Shown piece by piece: positions 10,801 through 17,138 of a DNA stretch of 50,655 nucleotides (positions are counted from its first letter, which is position 1; each line of letters opens with the position of its first letter). The DNA lies in IMG/VR virus record IMGVR_UViG_3300008255_000016, positions 1 through 50,655 of that record, one strand, 5' to 3'. The notes beneath the pieces were generated by a model. It was not told where the DNA came from. It did no database searches and was given only the letters and a program-made list of their open reading frames with translations. Made by a program: the position numbers and the translations under genes. This DNA is from a virus. Its lineage: Duplodnaviria; Caudoviricetes.

Positions 10801-11061
10801 GACACGCTGGCGAACTCGGCCATCGAACGCCTCGTGGCCCACAACAAGAAAGCCGCTGCGGCTGAGAAGTGGGATGACATCATCACTGACAACGAGGTGA
10901 AGATGTCCGTGAAGGGTGCGCTCATCGGGCAGCTCGACGGCCCGCTGTCGTTCAAGGCGATCCAGTCGGCTCCGGAACAGAACCGCCCGCGCCTGCTCGA
11001 ACTGCGCCGCTGGATCGAGAACGAGATCGAGGGCCGGAAAACAGACGAACCCGCCGAGTAG
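4855..11061 (+). CDS. Large internal virion/DNA-ejection protein (2068 aa)
   Basis: Last and largest late gene; Gly/Ala hydrophobic N-region, Pro/Ala/Glu-rich linker and helical C-terminal half with hydrophobic segment LTGLLAAGGIAGLPF. Confidence 0.65.
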   Translation: MPDDFDAPPDDFDQPPVATEPTPKPAPIDDGMEPLNGFTWRSTTSPRPRPGEDPLMWARARARQQLHDNRRLLKQSPLSGDAERAVEDEQAAYNLAAWVTENTQREQEQRAREEAAQAGFGGPTAPGHFSSHFGSDPVEHLEMAHQALGTGKSTKDQQGKWLAALKGAVGAGKAPMDLLGGLMGPSSPISAASRESERGMATWSDQFAPPTEGERYAEMGGAVVPSLIQSGGAGAFGRYAGQSLLTKAGVLGRGERLAQGLEPWAMPAGVGASSMANEMSRLGQGPGIDMFSEEGAKLAGQSLAEAFATRLGGRFEPFVDRFTKPGLRSIFPILGEGGEGALASGLQTTMTTGQTLADVPRSMVEGGLSEMAGAGFARSAQAGIDLTNAAQKSYLNALRIRQGLAPLPSSEVEGSVAPAPVNETALAEVPGADVSNQIADQLAAFEQAQALGVQVPGSRSILNPATPDMSNVPALPPTQADPLFGVLRTRSGKGEGVGGKLIESQLPQSVLAAREAQALIDQQPTLAADAQEQDVAALAQQEAPTPEGAQSYEQAMQESVARQMDLDNAPAIEAQQAAQRAALAEEVAQDEARMRAEADAADMARQQAEIEAARAEETKGRKFAEELGLTKGKAVKPPPTSTTQPVEMGVPAGEGPVDTDVESARRMAYTLGLTPGKAVKPPPTQVAPETDPDAEQAPAEDPLDRDRRMAYTMGLSLTPPKAAPKPKAAPKTKGEAAAAAMAPTPEIAQETTPEAAPEAEVQALSQDLATGETAPADEAAAVESELARTLGWADPAADTPPVSEAPAPAVSPAKAPAPAVEEAGVARTPTTIEPTNGPTRRVAIGNRQDIEVSDAQDDQVTFTPEKGKPRTYGVGQLPSGEWVQWGHHKGGASRRGVPDRVLDANGNPLDTWEGAQNRMAKFPDKAAALADLQEKFGAPAPSLEAETAAEQEQALTVENNLRGLFQRSRTPWSDDPEARRAAIESSKTLSMEQAQVMLDQEDTLAGLRSRVQEKGQIQAATDEAPVVETPETPREPRTPKVLKEFGIDPTLQGQKLLEAVEAKIEAGEMTDVDADRVAAAMAADAKPGSFLSGNKSRRGSVSFGGPPNPNSPVNKVLKAIEDRAVAAWNTPKGLRRAMAELDAERDAARMTTDVRISGEDLASAAMASFVLPSHLANTHTEFAPVKDAATERTRSIHEDVAIAAHGTPELMALQGPERAKVNAVLDQQRRDAKDYTDAELAERGLNDTEIQAVHQQREMVNAIRGNIKDAAFEQAGFDPMDTAAFKQKAEEMEAAGDPKAASAMALAEELEAIDDMAKPGYTPYRRPSGKYVIYAKDADGKTIFSTRTKSAKEAVKIAAEVRAKYGNAETPPALTISEQNAIDMAYQFGSTPAQLERIAKRAGMSERGLAELMQRVAPKLATRGARSSLLHSDDIPGYDTDHVSSLQRTYLASVMAHRNAQFQRVVDTQMEAMSKNGKSQLGDYTKSYASEQLDPESKSANLIRAATFFGTSALKPATLLTNLTQPVLFHAPEMIALGASPAVYLRTSAAMLNNLGAIPRAAFHAAAQKNLAAWKKFSPTEAMILSYEKRAPEFGKILRTLSDRGELGDNMIEAFSETGKGKGLASRIAAVASSPFAETERVNRMASAKVAYDLYNRNKNDQTWWANAKKHGYRGPTEGPKAGQTFVEFAISRSNFEYGKANRPLIGAGKIGGTNINMPPVGALLYSMKHFQVSSLGTVLRMIRNLPQGGEDRRAAMAMLTGLLAAGGIAGLPFVQQGYSVIREMVNAAGGDLKGFNEETNTAFKNIEQYTGEFGANILKGGAGRALKQPELESIGQRTGLQNIVPEVTSWQQMVGVPASAVTRLVKDVAIAKDMLTDKGSEEAKQMRPAQAVANIIDDLGLPVGALYRAKRQAETGDVIDRSGRKVHGTTISPAGTALGFQDPSMAAQREMRESQQEVGKAKLDLKAGVVRDIMESASSGDDTLANSAIERLVAHNKKAAAAEKWDDIITDNEVKMSVKGALIGQLDGPLSFKAIQSAPEQNRPRLLELRRWIENEIEGRKTDEPAE

Positions 11062-11072
11062 TCGGCGGGTTC
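11047..11072. terminator. Hairpin at the convergence of the two genome arms, probably a bidirectional terminator
   Basis: Perfect 11-bp stem GAACCCGCCGA/TCGGCGGGTTC with loop GTAG containing the stop codon; no clear U-tract. Confidence 0.6.
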
Positions 11073-11076
11073 AGCG

Positions 11077-11292
11077 TCACCAGAATGGTGTGACCTTCGG
11101 TGGGTCGTTCGCACAGGCGTGAGGCGTGCCTCCGATGGTCACCAACCTCCACCGGGTCCCCTGCATCTCCCACACCAGATCCTTCTCACCGCAGAACTTG
11201 CATGTGCCACGTTCGTCTCCGTGGTGTTCCGCTTCCGGGCGTCGGCGTGGGATCTTCGTGCCCGGGTGGTATCCGTATGGGGCGTCAGACAT
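11077..11292 (-). CDS. Small Zn-ribbon protein
   Basis: GTCKFCGEK...WRL...PHAC; last gene of the minus-strand operon. Confidence 0.6.
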   Translation of the reverse strand: MSDAPYGYHPGTKIPRRRPEAEHHGDERGTCKFCGEKDLVWEMQGTRWRLVTIGGTPHACANDPPKVTPFW

Positions 11293-11413
11293 GGCGGGCC
11301 AACCACTTGATCCCGAGCGAGAGCGCGTGGCATGCGCAGAGAATCAGGAAGGGGACGACGGCCAGCCCGAGGATCCCGAGGAGGATGCCCCCGAGCAGGA
11401 GGAGAAGGTTCAC
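11285..11413 (-). CDS. Membrane microprotein (42 aa, not in ORF track)
   Basis: GTG start overlaps the upstream TGA; MNLLLLLGGILLGILGLAVVPFLILCACHALSLGIKWLARHV. Confidence 0.6.
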   Translation of the reverse strand: MNLLLLLGGILLGILGLAVVPFLILCACHALSLGIKWLARHV

Positions 11414-11589
11414 GGGAGCATCCCATAGAGAACCCACATCATAACCAGAGGCGGCATCGGGTAGAGCAGCACCGAGCCGACAGCGCGATTGAGGCCACCT
11501 TTCGGGTGGGCCAAAAGCGCGACGAACACACAGAGCGCAGAGAGTAGGCCACAGATTGTGACGAGGATGGTCAGCGCGAGTAGGATCAT
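11410..11589 (-). CDS. Two-TM membrane microprotein (59 aa, not in ORF track)
   Basis: ATGA overlap with the upstream gene; MILLALTILVTICGLLSALCVFVALLAHPKGGLNRAVGSVLLYPMPPLVMMWVLYGMLP. Confidence 0.6.
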   Translation of the reverse strand: MILLALTILVTICGLLSALCVFVALLAHPKGGLNRAVGSVLLYPMPPLVMMWVLYGMLP

Positions 11590-11924
11590 CGGGGAATCTC
11601 CGTCTGTTCGCGGGCGTTCAGCAGATGCACCAGGGCCGCGACCAGCCCTTCGTTTCGTGGAATGTTCTTGTTGTAGGGGGTGCTGGCGTCGATGAGAGCA
11701 ATGGCAACACCGTCACAATACAACCACGACGGGTTGGTGTGCTTCGCGTGGTACTTCCCGAGCGGCATGGCGCTCAGGTAGATCCGCAGCAGGGCTTCGT
11801 CGTAGCGGGAAGCCTTTGCTTCGGCGGCTTCGATCTCGTTGCCCAACTGCCGGATCTCGCTGCCGACGATGATGGCGCGATCATCCTTGCTGCGCTCGCA
11901 CAATTCACGGGCGAATGGACTCAT
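11586..11924 (-). CDS. Hypothetical protein
   Basis: ATGA-coupled to neighbours; starts MSPFARELCERS. Confidence 0.6.
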   Translation of the reverse strand: MSPFARELCERSKDDRAIIVGSEIRQLGNEIEAAEAKASRYDEALLRIYLSAMPLGKYHAKHTNPSWLYCDGVAIALIDASTPYNKNIPRNEGLVAALVHLLNAREQTEIPR

Positions 11925-12208
11925 GGCGTCGGCCCTTTCTCGACGGTCGGCGGTGCAAGCGGTGGAAGCAGGCAACAGGTCGCTAGCCCCTCGCTGCCGG
12001 TGATGAGTAGCACGCGCTCGCCGGTCGGCAGCACGATGATCTTGGCATTCATGCCCCAGCCAACGTCGATCTTCTGCTCGACGGTCGGCTTCGTGGTTTG
12101 TTGCGCAAACGCCCCGGTGCTAGGCTTGACGATAAAGGGGATGGCGATGGCAGCGATGATCGTCAGGATCGCGCCAATAAGCACCCATTCGATGAGGGTC
12201 ATTTTCAT
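11921..12208 (-). CDS. Type IV pilin-like (N-methylation motif) protein
   Basis: MK-MTLIEWVLIGAILTIIAAIAIP aligns with the pilin helix FTLIELMIVVAIIGILAAIAIP, with Glu5 and Pro22 conserved. Confidence 0.7.
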   Translation of the reverse strand: MKMTLIEWVLIGAILTIIAAIAIPFIVKPSTGAFAQQTTKPTVEQKIDVGWGMNAKIIVLPTGERVLLITGSEGLATCCLLPPLAPPTVEKGPTP

Positions 12209-12612
12209 GGCTTGTCCTTCGCCGCCGCAGCGACGGGCTTCGGAGTGTGTTCGGTGATCCAGGCGTTGAGTATGGCGAGCAGCCGGGTGTGCGCGTCGGC
12301 GTTCAGGTTCGCCAGCGCCTCAACCGGGATGTCGAGGATGAATCGCTTCGGGGTGATCGTGTAGTCAATGGTCGGAGGGCAGCGATGGAGGTTGGCCACC
12401 ATCGCACCTTCGAGTTGGTTTGGCATGGTTGATTCCTTGGGCATGAGAGTGGCGGTGGACAGGGGCACGTCGCGCATCCGATCCACCGGGGCGGGGCCGT
12501 AGAATCGCTGGTATTGGTTGCGGCAGGATGCGTGCCACACCTGCCCGCCGCCGACCACCCAGGCAGTATCCCCATCCTCAACCCGCTTGGAGCAGCCAGG
12601 GCAGACGTTCAT
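12205..12612 (-). CDS. Hypothetical protein with N-terminal CxxC...WHxxC zinc finger
   Basis: CPGC-x19-HASC (WHASC); possible second in-frame start (AAGGA..ATG CCA AAC). Confidence 0.55.
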   Translation of the reverse strand: MNVCPGCSKRVEDGDTAWVVGGGQVWHASCRNQYQRFYGPAPVDRMRDVPLSTATLMPKESTMPNQLEGAMVANLHRCPPTIDYTITPKRFILDIPVEALANLNADAHTRLLAILNAWITEHTPKPVAAAAKDKP

Positions 12613-12878
12613 GATTTCTTGCGGAATATGATCTGGGTGCAGGCCACCCCTTTCGGTGGATCGTTCACGAGGACCGACAGGCTGAGATCACACAGCACGC
12701 TGCCGTCCTCCTGCACCTTGGTGGTAAGGAAGTGTTGGGTCAGGAATATCGCCAGCTTGTCTGCGATCCGCCCAGCCATCACCGACTGCGGGATGTTGGC
12801 CTTGTCCACCATCTCCCGAGCGATGACCCCTTTGATGTTCAGCACAACGACGTTCGAGGTGTAGGTCTTATCGGACAC
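12609..12878 (-). CDS. Hypothetical protein
   Basis: GGAGG RBS before GTG 12878; coupled to the downstream gene. Confidence 0.55.
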   Translation of the reverse strand: MSDKTYTSNVVVLNIKGVIAREMVDKANIPQSVMAGRIADKLAIFLTQHFLTTKVQEDGSVLCDLSLSVLVNDPPKGVACTQIIFRKKS

Positions 12879-13140
12879 GACGGATCCTCCGGGTAGCAGG
12901 CTGGGTCCTTGGGGCAGGGTGCGGGTCGAGAGTTCGACGCGGGTCAGTGACCGCCTCATGGAACGCAAGGTATGACCGTTGTTCTTGCGCTTGCGCTTCC
13001 GCTGCCGCGTGCTTCCAGGCTTCTGCGACCGAGACCGCGAGTTCGATGCGGGCGTAGAGCGTAGTCTTGTTGGAGCGGCGAGATACGCCAACCAGAAGGT
13101 CGGCGGGGCGTCGATAGTATGCGAGGGCATCGTTGCTCAC
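12868..13140 (-). CDS. Hypothetical protein
   Basis: GTGA overlap with the stop of the HicA-like gene. Confidence 0.5.
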   Translation of the reverse strand: MSNDALAYYRRPADLLVGVSRRSNKTTLYARIELAVSVAEAWKHAAAEAQAQEQRSYLAFHEAVTDPRRTLDPHPAPRTQPATRRIRRVR

Positions 13141-13334
13141 GGGGTTGGTGCTTTCTGGCGTAGGAGACGCCGGGCGGTGGCGAGTATGTTTCGACTCGCG
13201 CGGTTGTCGGACGGGGACACGGCGCATACGAGAAGTCCTCCAACGGGGTGCTTGAAGATGTGGTGCTTGCCAGTTCGGTGCAGAACGAATCCCATGTCTC
13301 TGAGCTGGTTCAACGTTTCACGATGGCTTGACAT
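13137..13334 (-). CDS. hicA: HicA-like mRNA interferase (dsRBD-fold toxin)
   Basis: 65 aa, basic; LRDMGFVLHRTGKHHIFKHPVG matches the HicA L..GF...R..G.H..F.HP pattern; GGAGG upstream. Confidence 0.7.
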   Translation of the reverse strand: MSSHRETLNQLRDMGFVLHRTGKHHIFKHPVGGLLVCAVSPSDNRASRNILATARRLLRQKAPTP

Positions 13335-13902
13335 CTTCCACCTCCGGCTCGATGTCGATGAACGCCTCGGGTTCGGTTGGTTGTGGATACCGAGCGGCCA
13401 GTTCTGCTAGACTCAGCGGTCGAAGATTACGAACCCCCGCTGGCGATAGATCCTGATTCCGGGCCATGAGTCGTTGACGCATCGCCTCCTGATACCGCTG
13501 CTCAATCGTGTTCATCTGCGCCTGGGCTTGAGCCATTGCTCGTAGACGAGCACGATGTTCGTTGTCCCCCTGCAACGCACGAATAGCACGCTGGATGTAG
13601 TCGGTTGAGTCCACCACATCTTCGTGGGTTCGAGCAGCCGCGTAGTTGATGGCCCCAGGTGCCGTGTTCGGGAGGGTGTCGGATATGGCCTGCTCGAAGC
13701 TCTCGTCCCACCGCATGGGAACACCTTGGAAGGTAGCAACATCATGCGGATTCATGTTCCGGAGCTGATTCTGCGCGGCCCGAAGGGCCTCACGCTCACT
13801 CGCGGAACGTCGGCCATCGTCAACACGTTCGTCAATCATGAGGCCAGTGTATGTTCTACCCCGGAGCTGGAAGTTCCCGGGGTCAGGTCGGTGACGTGGC
13901 AT
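13318..13902 (-). CDS. Hypothetical protein
   Basis: TAATG coupling to the RuvC-like gene; 194 aa. Confidence 0.55.
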   Translation of the reverse strand: MPRHRPDPGNFQLRGRTYTGLMIDERVDDGRRSASEREALRAAQNQLRNMNPHDVATFQGVPMRWDESFEQAISDTLPNTAPGAINYAAARTHEDVVDSTDYIQRAIRALQGDNEHRARLRAMAQAQAQMNTIEQRYQEAMRQRLMARNQDLSPAGVRNLRPLSLAELAARYPQPTEPEAFIDIEPEVEDVKPS

Positions 13903-14351
13903 TAGAAGCTCTCCAGGTAGGTGTGAAGGGGCACCCAGTCTTCGGGGTGCAGGTTGTGGAAGAACAGCATGGCCTCGCACTCGCGGAGGTCTTTCTTCTT
14001 CTGGACTGCGCCAGCGATCTTGTGTCGGGTCTTCTCCTCGTAGCCCTTGGTCCAGACGTTCGACGGGGCGACAAGGAACGTCACGGGAGGATGGGCTGCC
14101 TCGGCGTGCCGGGCGAGGGTCGCGGCCCACGCGACATTCCAGAGCGCCCACTTGGCGAGCTGGGTCATCGCCGCGTTCGATCCGTGCCCCCGGTTGAACG
14201 ACACCGGGGACGCGATCTCGAACAGCACGATGTCGTCAGGGCCATAGATGAGGCCCTGACACACGTCCCAGGGGGTAGCTCCCCGCCACGCGAAACCGTT
14301 CCGGTTCACCATGAAACTCTCGCGCAGATCGCAGTCTATCGCATAGATCAT
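13902..14351 (-). CDS. RuvC-like Holliday junction resolvase (divergent)
   Basis: MIYAID, VLFE, VAPSNVWTK and DLRECEA fit the spacing of RNase H-fold RuvC motifs. Confidence 0.55.
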   Translation of the reverse strand: MIYAIDCDLRESFMVNRNGFAWRGATPWDVCQGLIYGPDDIVLFEIASPVSFNRGHGSNAAMTQLAKWALWNVAWAATLARHAEAAHPPVTFLVAPSNVWTKGYEEKTRHKIAGAVQKKKDLRECEAMLFFHNLHPEDWVPLHTYLESF

Positions 14352-14560
14352 GCGTCGGAGGGGAACTTGCTGTCCGCGTAGGCTTTCGCCTGCGGGTCGA
14401 TGGCACGAGGCATGGGCGGCACGACATCTTCGCGCCGGGTCATGACGAGCAGGGCGCAGCGAGACAGGAACTCGCTCCGGTCGATGCCGATGCGCTTGCA
14501 CGTCCTGTCGAGCGAGGTCAGGAACTCCTGATCGACCGAGACGTTGATGTGTACTTTCAT
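14348..14560 (-). CDS. Ribbon-helix-helix (CopG/Arc-like) DNA-binding protein
   Basis: MKVHINVSVDQEFLTSLDRTCKRIGIDRSEFLSR: alternating beta strand, L.LD...G..RSEF. Confidence 0.8.
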   Translation of the reverse strand: MKVHINVSVDQEFLTSLDRTCKRIGIDRSEFLSRCALLVMTRREDVVPPMPRAIDPQAKAYADSKFPSDA

Positions 14561-15417
14561 GGGATGAGTCCTGCAAAGTTCATGGTGGGTGGGGCAGAGG
14601 TGAGGCCGTGCATCGCCCCCGGAGGGGGGATGGTCTTGTTCTTGCAGATGTTCCTGTACGGGCACCACTCGTCGGAGCAATGATCGCCCATGCGCGGCAC
14701 CGCATACTTGAACAGGGCCGCGCTCGACAGGTACTTGAGGTACTGCATGACGTGGACCGTCCACTCGGCGTTCTCGGCGGTCTCGAAGTTCACCGGGCAG
14801 GGGAGAACCCAATCGCTCCGGCTGGAGACGTAGAGGATCAGCCCGCGCTTGGCCCACACTCCGGTCTTCTGTGCGACCATGATGCGGTAGCCAGTGAGCT
14901 GCGCGAGGTGTGCGGCCTTGATCTTGTTCCCAGGTGGCGGACGGCTCGTGGTCTTGAGGTCCACGATGTCGAGGTAGTCCTGAGAAAGAAAGTCGATGTG
15001 ACCCTGGAGGAACTTGCCCCAGGACCATTCACTCTCTGCCAGCCAGGGCTGACCATCCTGGGTCGCGGGCATGTGGCGGGCGGCGAGCGTGGCACAGGCG
15101 CGAATCTGCGTCTCGCACTCCTCCGCGCTGCCATTCCACATCTTCGCCGCGTTCGCCTTCTGCTCCGGCTCCGGCGCGAAGTCCGCAGGCGGACCAGGGA
15201 ACGCGCAGCGCAGCCCATCCTGGAGATGGAAGTGCGCGCAGGTTCCGAAGTCTGCCTGCGGGCTGGAGGTCTTGTTCGCCGCCACGTCAGCGGCAGCTTC
15301 GGACTCCAGCTCGACCAATCCTTCGGCCACCGCACGGTCGAACGCGGCGCGGAAATCGCAGGAGAAGTAGTAGCCGAGGGCTGAGGCGCGGCACCGCCAA
15401 CGTGGGGCGCGGGGCAT
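14557..15417 (-). CDS. Cas4-like PD-(D/E)XK exonuclease
   Basis: ASAL..YFSC, FGTCAH, GHIDFL, IVDLKTT, QLTGY and the C-terminal HCSDEWCPYRNIC Fe-S cysteines. Confidence 0.85.
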   Translation of the reverse strand: MPRAPRWRCRASALGYYFSCDFRAAFDRAVAEGLVELESEAAADVAANKTSSPQADFGTCAHFHLQDGLRCAFPGPPADFAPEPEQKANAAKMWNGSAEECETQIRACATLAARHMPATQDGQPWLAESEWSWGKFLQGHIDFLSQDYLDIVDLKTTSRPPPGNKIKAAHLAQLTGYRIMVAQKTGVWAKRGLILYVSSRSDWVLPCPVNFETAENAEWTVHVMQYLKYLSSAALFKYAVPRMGDHCSDEWCPYRNICKNKTIPPPGAMHGLTSAPPTMNFAGLIP

Positions 15418-15418
15418 A

Positions 15419-15625
15419 TTACTTCACCTTCCCCGAGGCTTCGAGCGCGGCCCGAACGAGGCAGTCCTTCGCTTCGAGCAGTTTGCGGAGGCCCGCCGAC
15501 TTCTCGGGGCTGTCGGGCAGCGTCTCCTCGTAGTGGCGAGCCACATCACAGATCGGCTTCGACGCCGCCTGCCCCTCAGGTGAGAGGTGTTCGTAGTGGA
15601 ACCACTTGATGATGGGGGATGGCAT
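15419..15625 (-). CDS. Small helical-hairpin protein, Acb2/Tad1-hairpin-like
   Basis: F.YEHL...Q..SKP......LPDSPEKSAGLRKLLEAKDCLVRAAL resembles the widespread phage hairpin family related to Acb2. Confidence 0.55.
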   Translation of the reverse strand: MPSPIIKWFHYEHLSPEGQAASKPICDVARHYEETLPDSPEKSAGLRKLLEAKDCLVRAALEASGKVK

Positions 15626-15626
15626 A

Positions 15627-15818
15627 TTACTTCCCCTTGACCGAACGAGCGACCGGGACACGGACCTTGCGGGCCTTCCGGCGCTTGATCTTCTCGGTGA
15701 TGGTGCGGATGCCCGCCTTCACGACGAGCAGCTTGGCGACAGTCAGGCCAGCGGAGGCACGGTCGAGGGCCTTGCCGATGCGCTTGAGGTCGCGGGTGTT
15801 GAGGATGACGATATTCAT
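15627..15818 (-). CDS. Small basic protein
   Basis: AAAGGTGA RBS; Lys/Arg-rich C-terminus. Confidence 0.5.
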   Translation of the reverse strand: MNIVILNTRDLKRIGKALDRASAGLTVAKLLVVKAGIRTITEKIKRRKARKVRVPVARSVKGK

Positions 15819-15861
15819 GTTCACCTTTCGGGTGTGGGTGGAGTCGTCTTACACCACTTAG

Positions 15862-15887
15862 CCCCACGCCGGATTCCCGGCGTGGGG
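15862..15887. terminator. Intergenic hairpin downstream of the putative SSB gene
   Basis: Perfect 11-bp stem CCCCACGCCGG/CCGGCGTGGGG with 4-nt loop. Confidence 0.5.
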
Positions 15888-15997
15888 TTCGTGGATCTTC
15901 ATTCCCTGATGCGATTCTTCCCACTCAATCGTGGTGAAAGGGATTGTGGTCCCTAAAAGAGATCGCGGGGCGCTACCGGGGATCAGACCGTGGAGAC

Positions 15998-17032
15998 TCA
16001 GCCGAGGGTCTTGGCCTTGGCCAGCCGCCCGAGGATTTCCTCGGTCAGCTTGCGGTCGTCGCCCATGATCCATTCCTTGAGCAAGGCCTGGACATCGGGC
16101 GCGTCGGCCAGCTTGGTGCGCCACGCGGCGTAGGAATCCCACCACGCCTTGCCGCTCTCGTTCATCACCGCCGAGATGTCGAAGGTGTGGATCGACACCT
16201 GATTCGGTCCGATGGTTTCGGTGTTGGTCACCGAGCGGATCGAGCAGGGGAACTGCGAGAGCGCCCCGGTGCGCGGATCGACGTGCCGCTTGAGGTTATC
16301 GAGCGACCGCTTCCAGGACGAGTAGTGGCTCACCGTCTGGACCACGATCACGTCATCGACCGAGGGCAGATAGACGAGGAGCTGGAGCGTCGGGCGGATG
16401 TGCCCAACCCCCGAAGCAGCCATGTTCCACAGGGGCTTGTTGACGCCCTTGGTGAACTGGTACTTCTGGCACGCCTCGGCCAGCAGACGGCTCGCGTCAC
16501 CGTTCATGCACGGCACGACGACGGACCACGCGGGCTTGTCCGCACCCTCGGGCTGCGCACCTGCCGCCTGCTTCTCCTGGTAGGAGATGGGCCACGCGGT
16601 CACCTCGTTGCGGTAGGCCAGGAACACACCCTCGACGGGCTTGCGACCCTGGGGCAGCATGTCCGCGATCTCCTGCGGGGTGCCGGAGAGCGGGACGAAC
16701 GCGCCGCCAGCGTTGCCACCGGAGACGGTCAGGATCGGGAAGGCCGGGCCACCGCCGAAGTCCTGGACATCAGTCGCGGCGATCAGGCCCGCTGCCATGT
16801 TGATCTCGGCACCGAACAGGGACATCGCCCCGTTATTGGTGTCCTTGATGCTGACAGCGGTGGAGGTGGCAGGAGCGGCGGGCGGGGCCGGGACGGATGG
16901 TGCCGTGTGGACGACGGTCGCCTCGACGGTGCGGGTCGGCTCGGGGGCCGGAGCAGGGGTGGGGGTGGGGGTGGGGGTGGGGGTGGGGGGAGCAGCGGCG
17001 GCAGCCGTTGCCCGGATGCGGTTGAAAGCCAT
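15998..17032 (-). CDS. Putative ssDNA-binding/annealing protein with PT-repeat N-terminus
   Basis: GAGGAG RBS; strongly biased codons; lies between the Gp157-like and Cas4-like genes; function inferred from context only. Confidence 0.4.
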   Translation of the reverse strand: MAFNRIRATAAAAAPPTPTPTPTPTPAPAPEPTRTVEATVVHTAPSVPAPPAAPATSTAVSIKDTNNGAMSLFGAEINMAAGLIAATDVQDFGGGPAFPILTVSGGNAGGAFVPLSGTPQEIADMLPQGRKPVEGVFLAYRNEVTAWPISYQEKQAAGAQPEGADKPAWSVVVPCMNGDASRLLAEACQKYQFTKGVNKPLWNMAASGVGHIRPTLQLLVYLPSVDDVIVVQTVSHYSSWKRSLDNLKRHVDPRTGALSQFPCSIRSVTNTETIGPNQVSIHTFDISAVMNESGKAWWDSYAAWRTKLADAPDVQALLKEWIMGDDRKLTEEILGRLAKAKTLG

Positions 17033-17110
17033 GACGGCTATCTCCTCAAGTGGACTCGGCACAGCGGGTCCTGGGTCTATTAGTGGGGCGCACCTGTGCG
17101 TGCGCCAGTA

Positions 17111-17138
17111 GGGATACTTGTGTGTGCGCCCGTGTCAA
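17111..17138 (-). promoter_or_regulatory. Putative sigma70-like promoter
   Basis: TTGACA-N16-TATCCC on the minus strand in the gap upstream of the SSB-like gene. Confidence 0.35.

Noticed and set aside
7515-10842. Several long minus-strand ORFs (334, 484, 362 aa)
   Set aside because: Antisense shadows of the 2068-aa gene
13137-14560. HicA plus RHH as a canonical hicAB operon
   Set aside because: They are separated by two genes and the RHH protein lacks the HicB N-terminal domain
14557-15417. Cas4-like gene as evidence of a CRISPR-Cas system
   Set aside because: No repeat-spacer array or other cas genes seen; solo Cas4-like nucleases are common in phage replication modules
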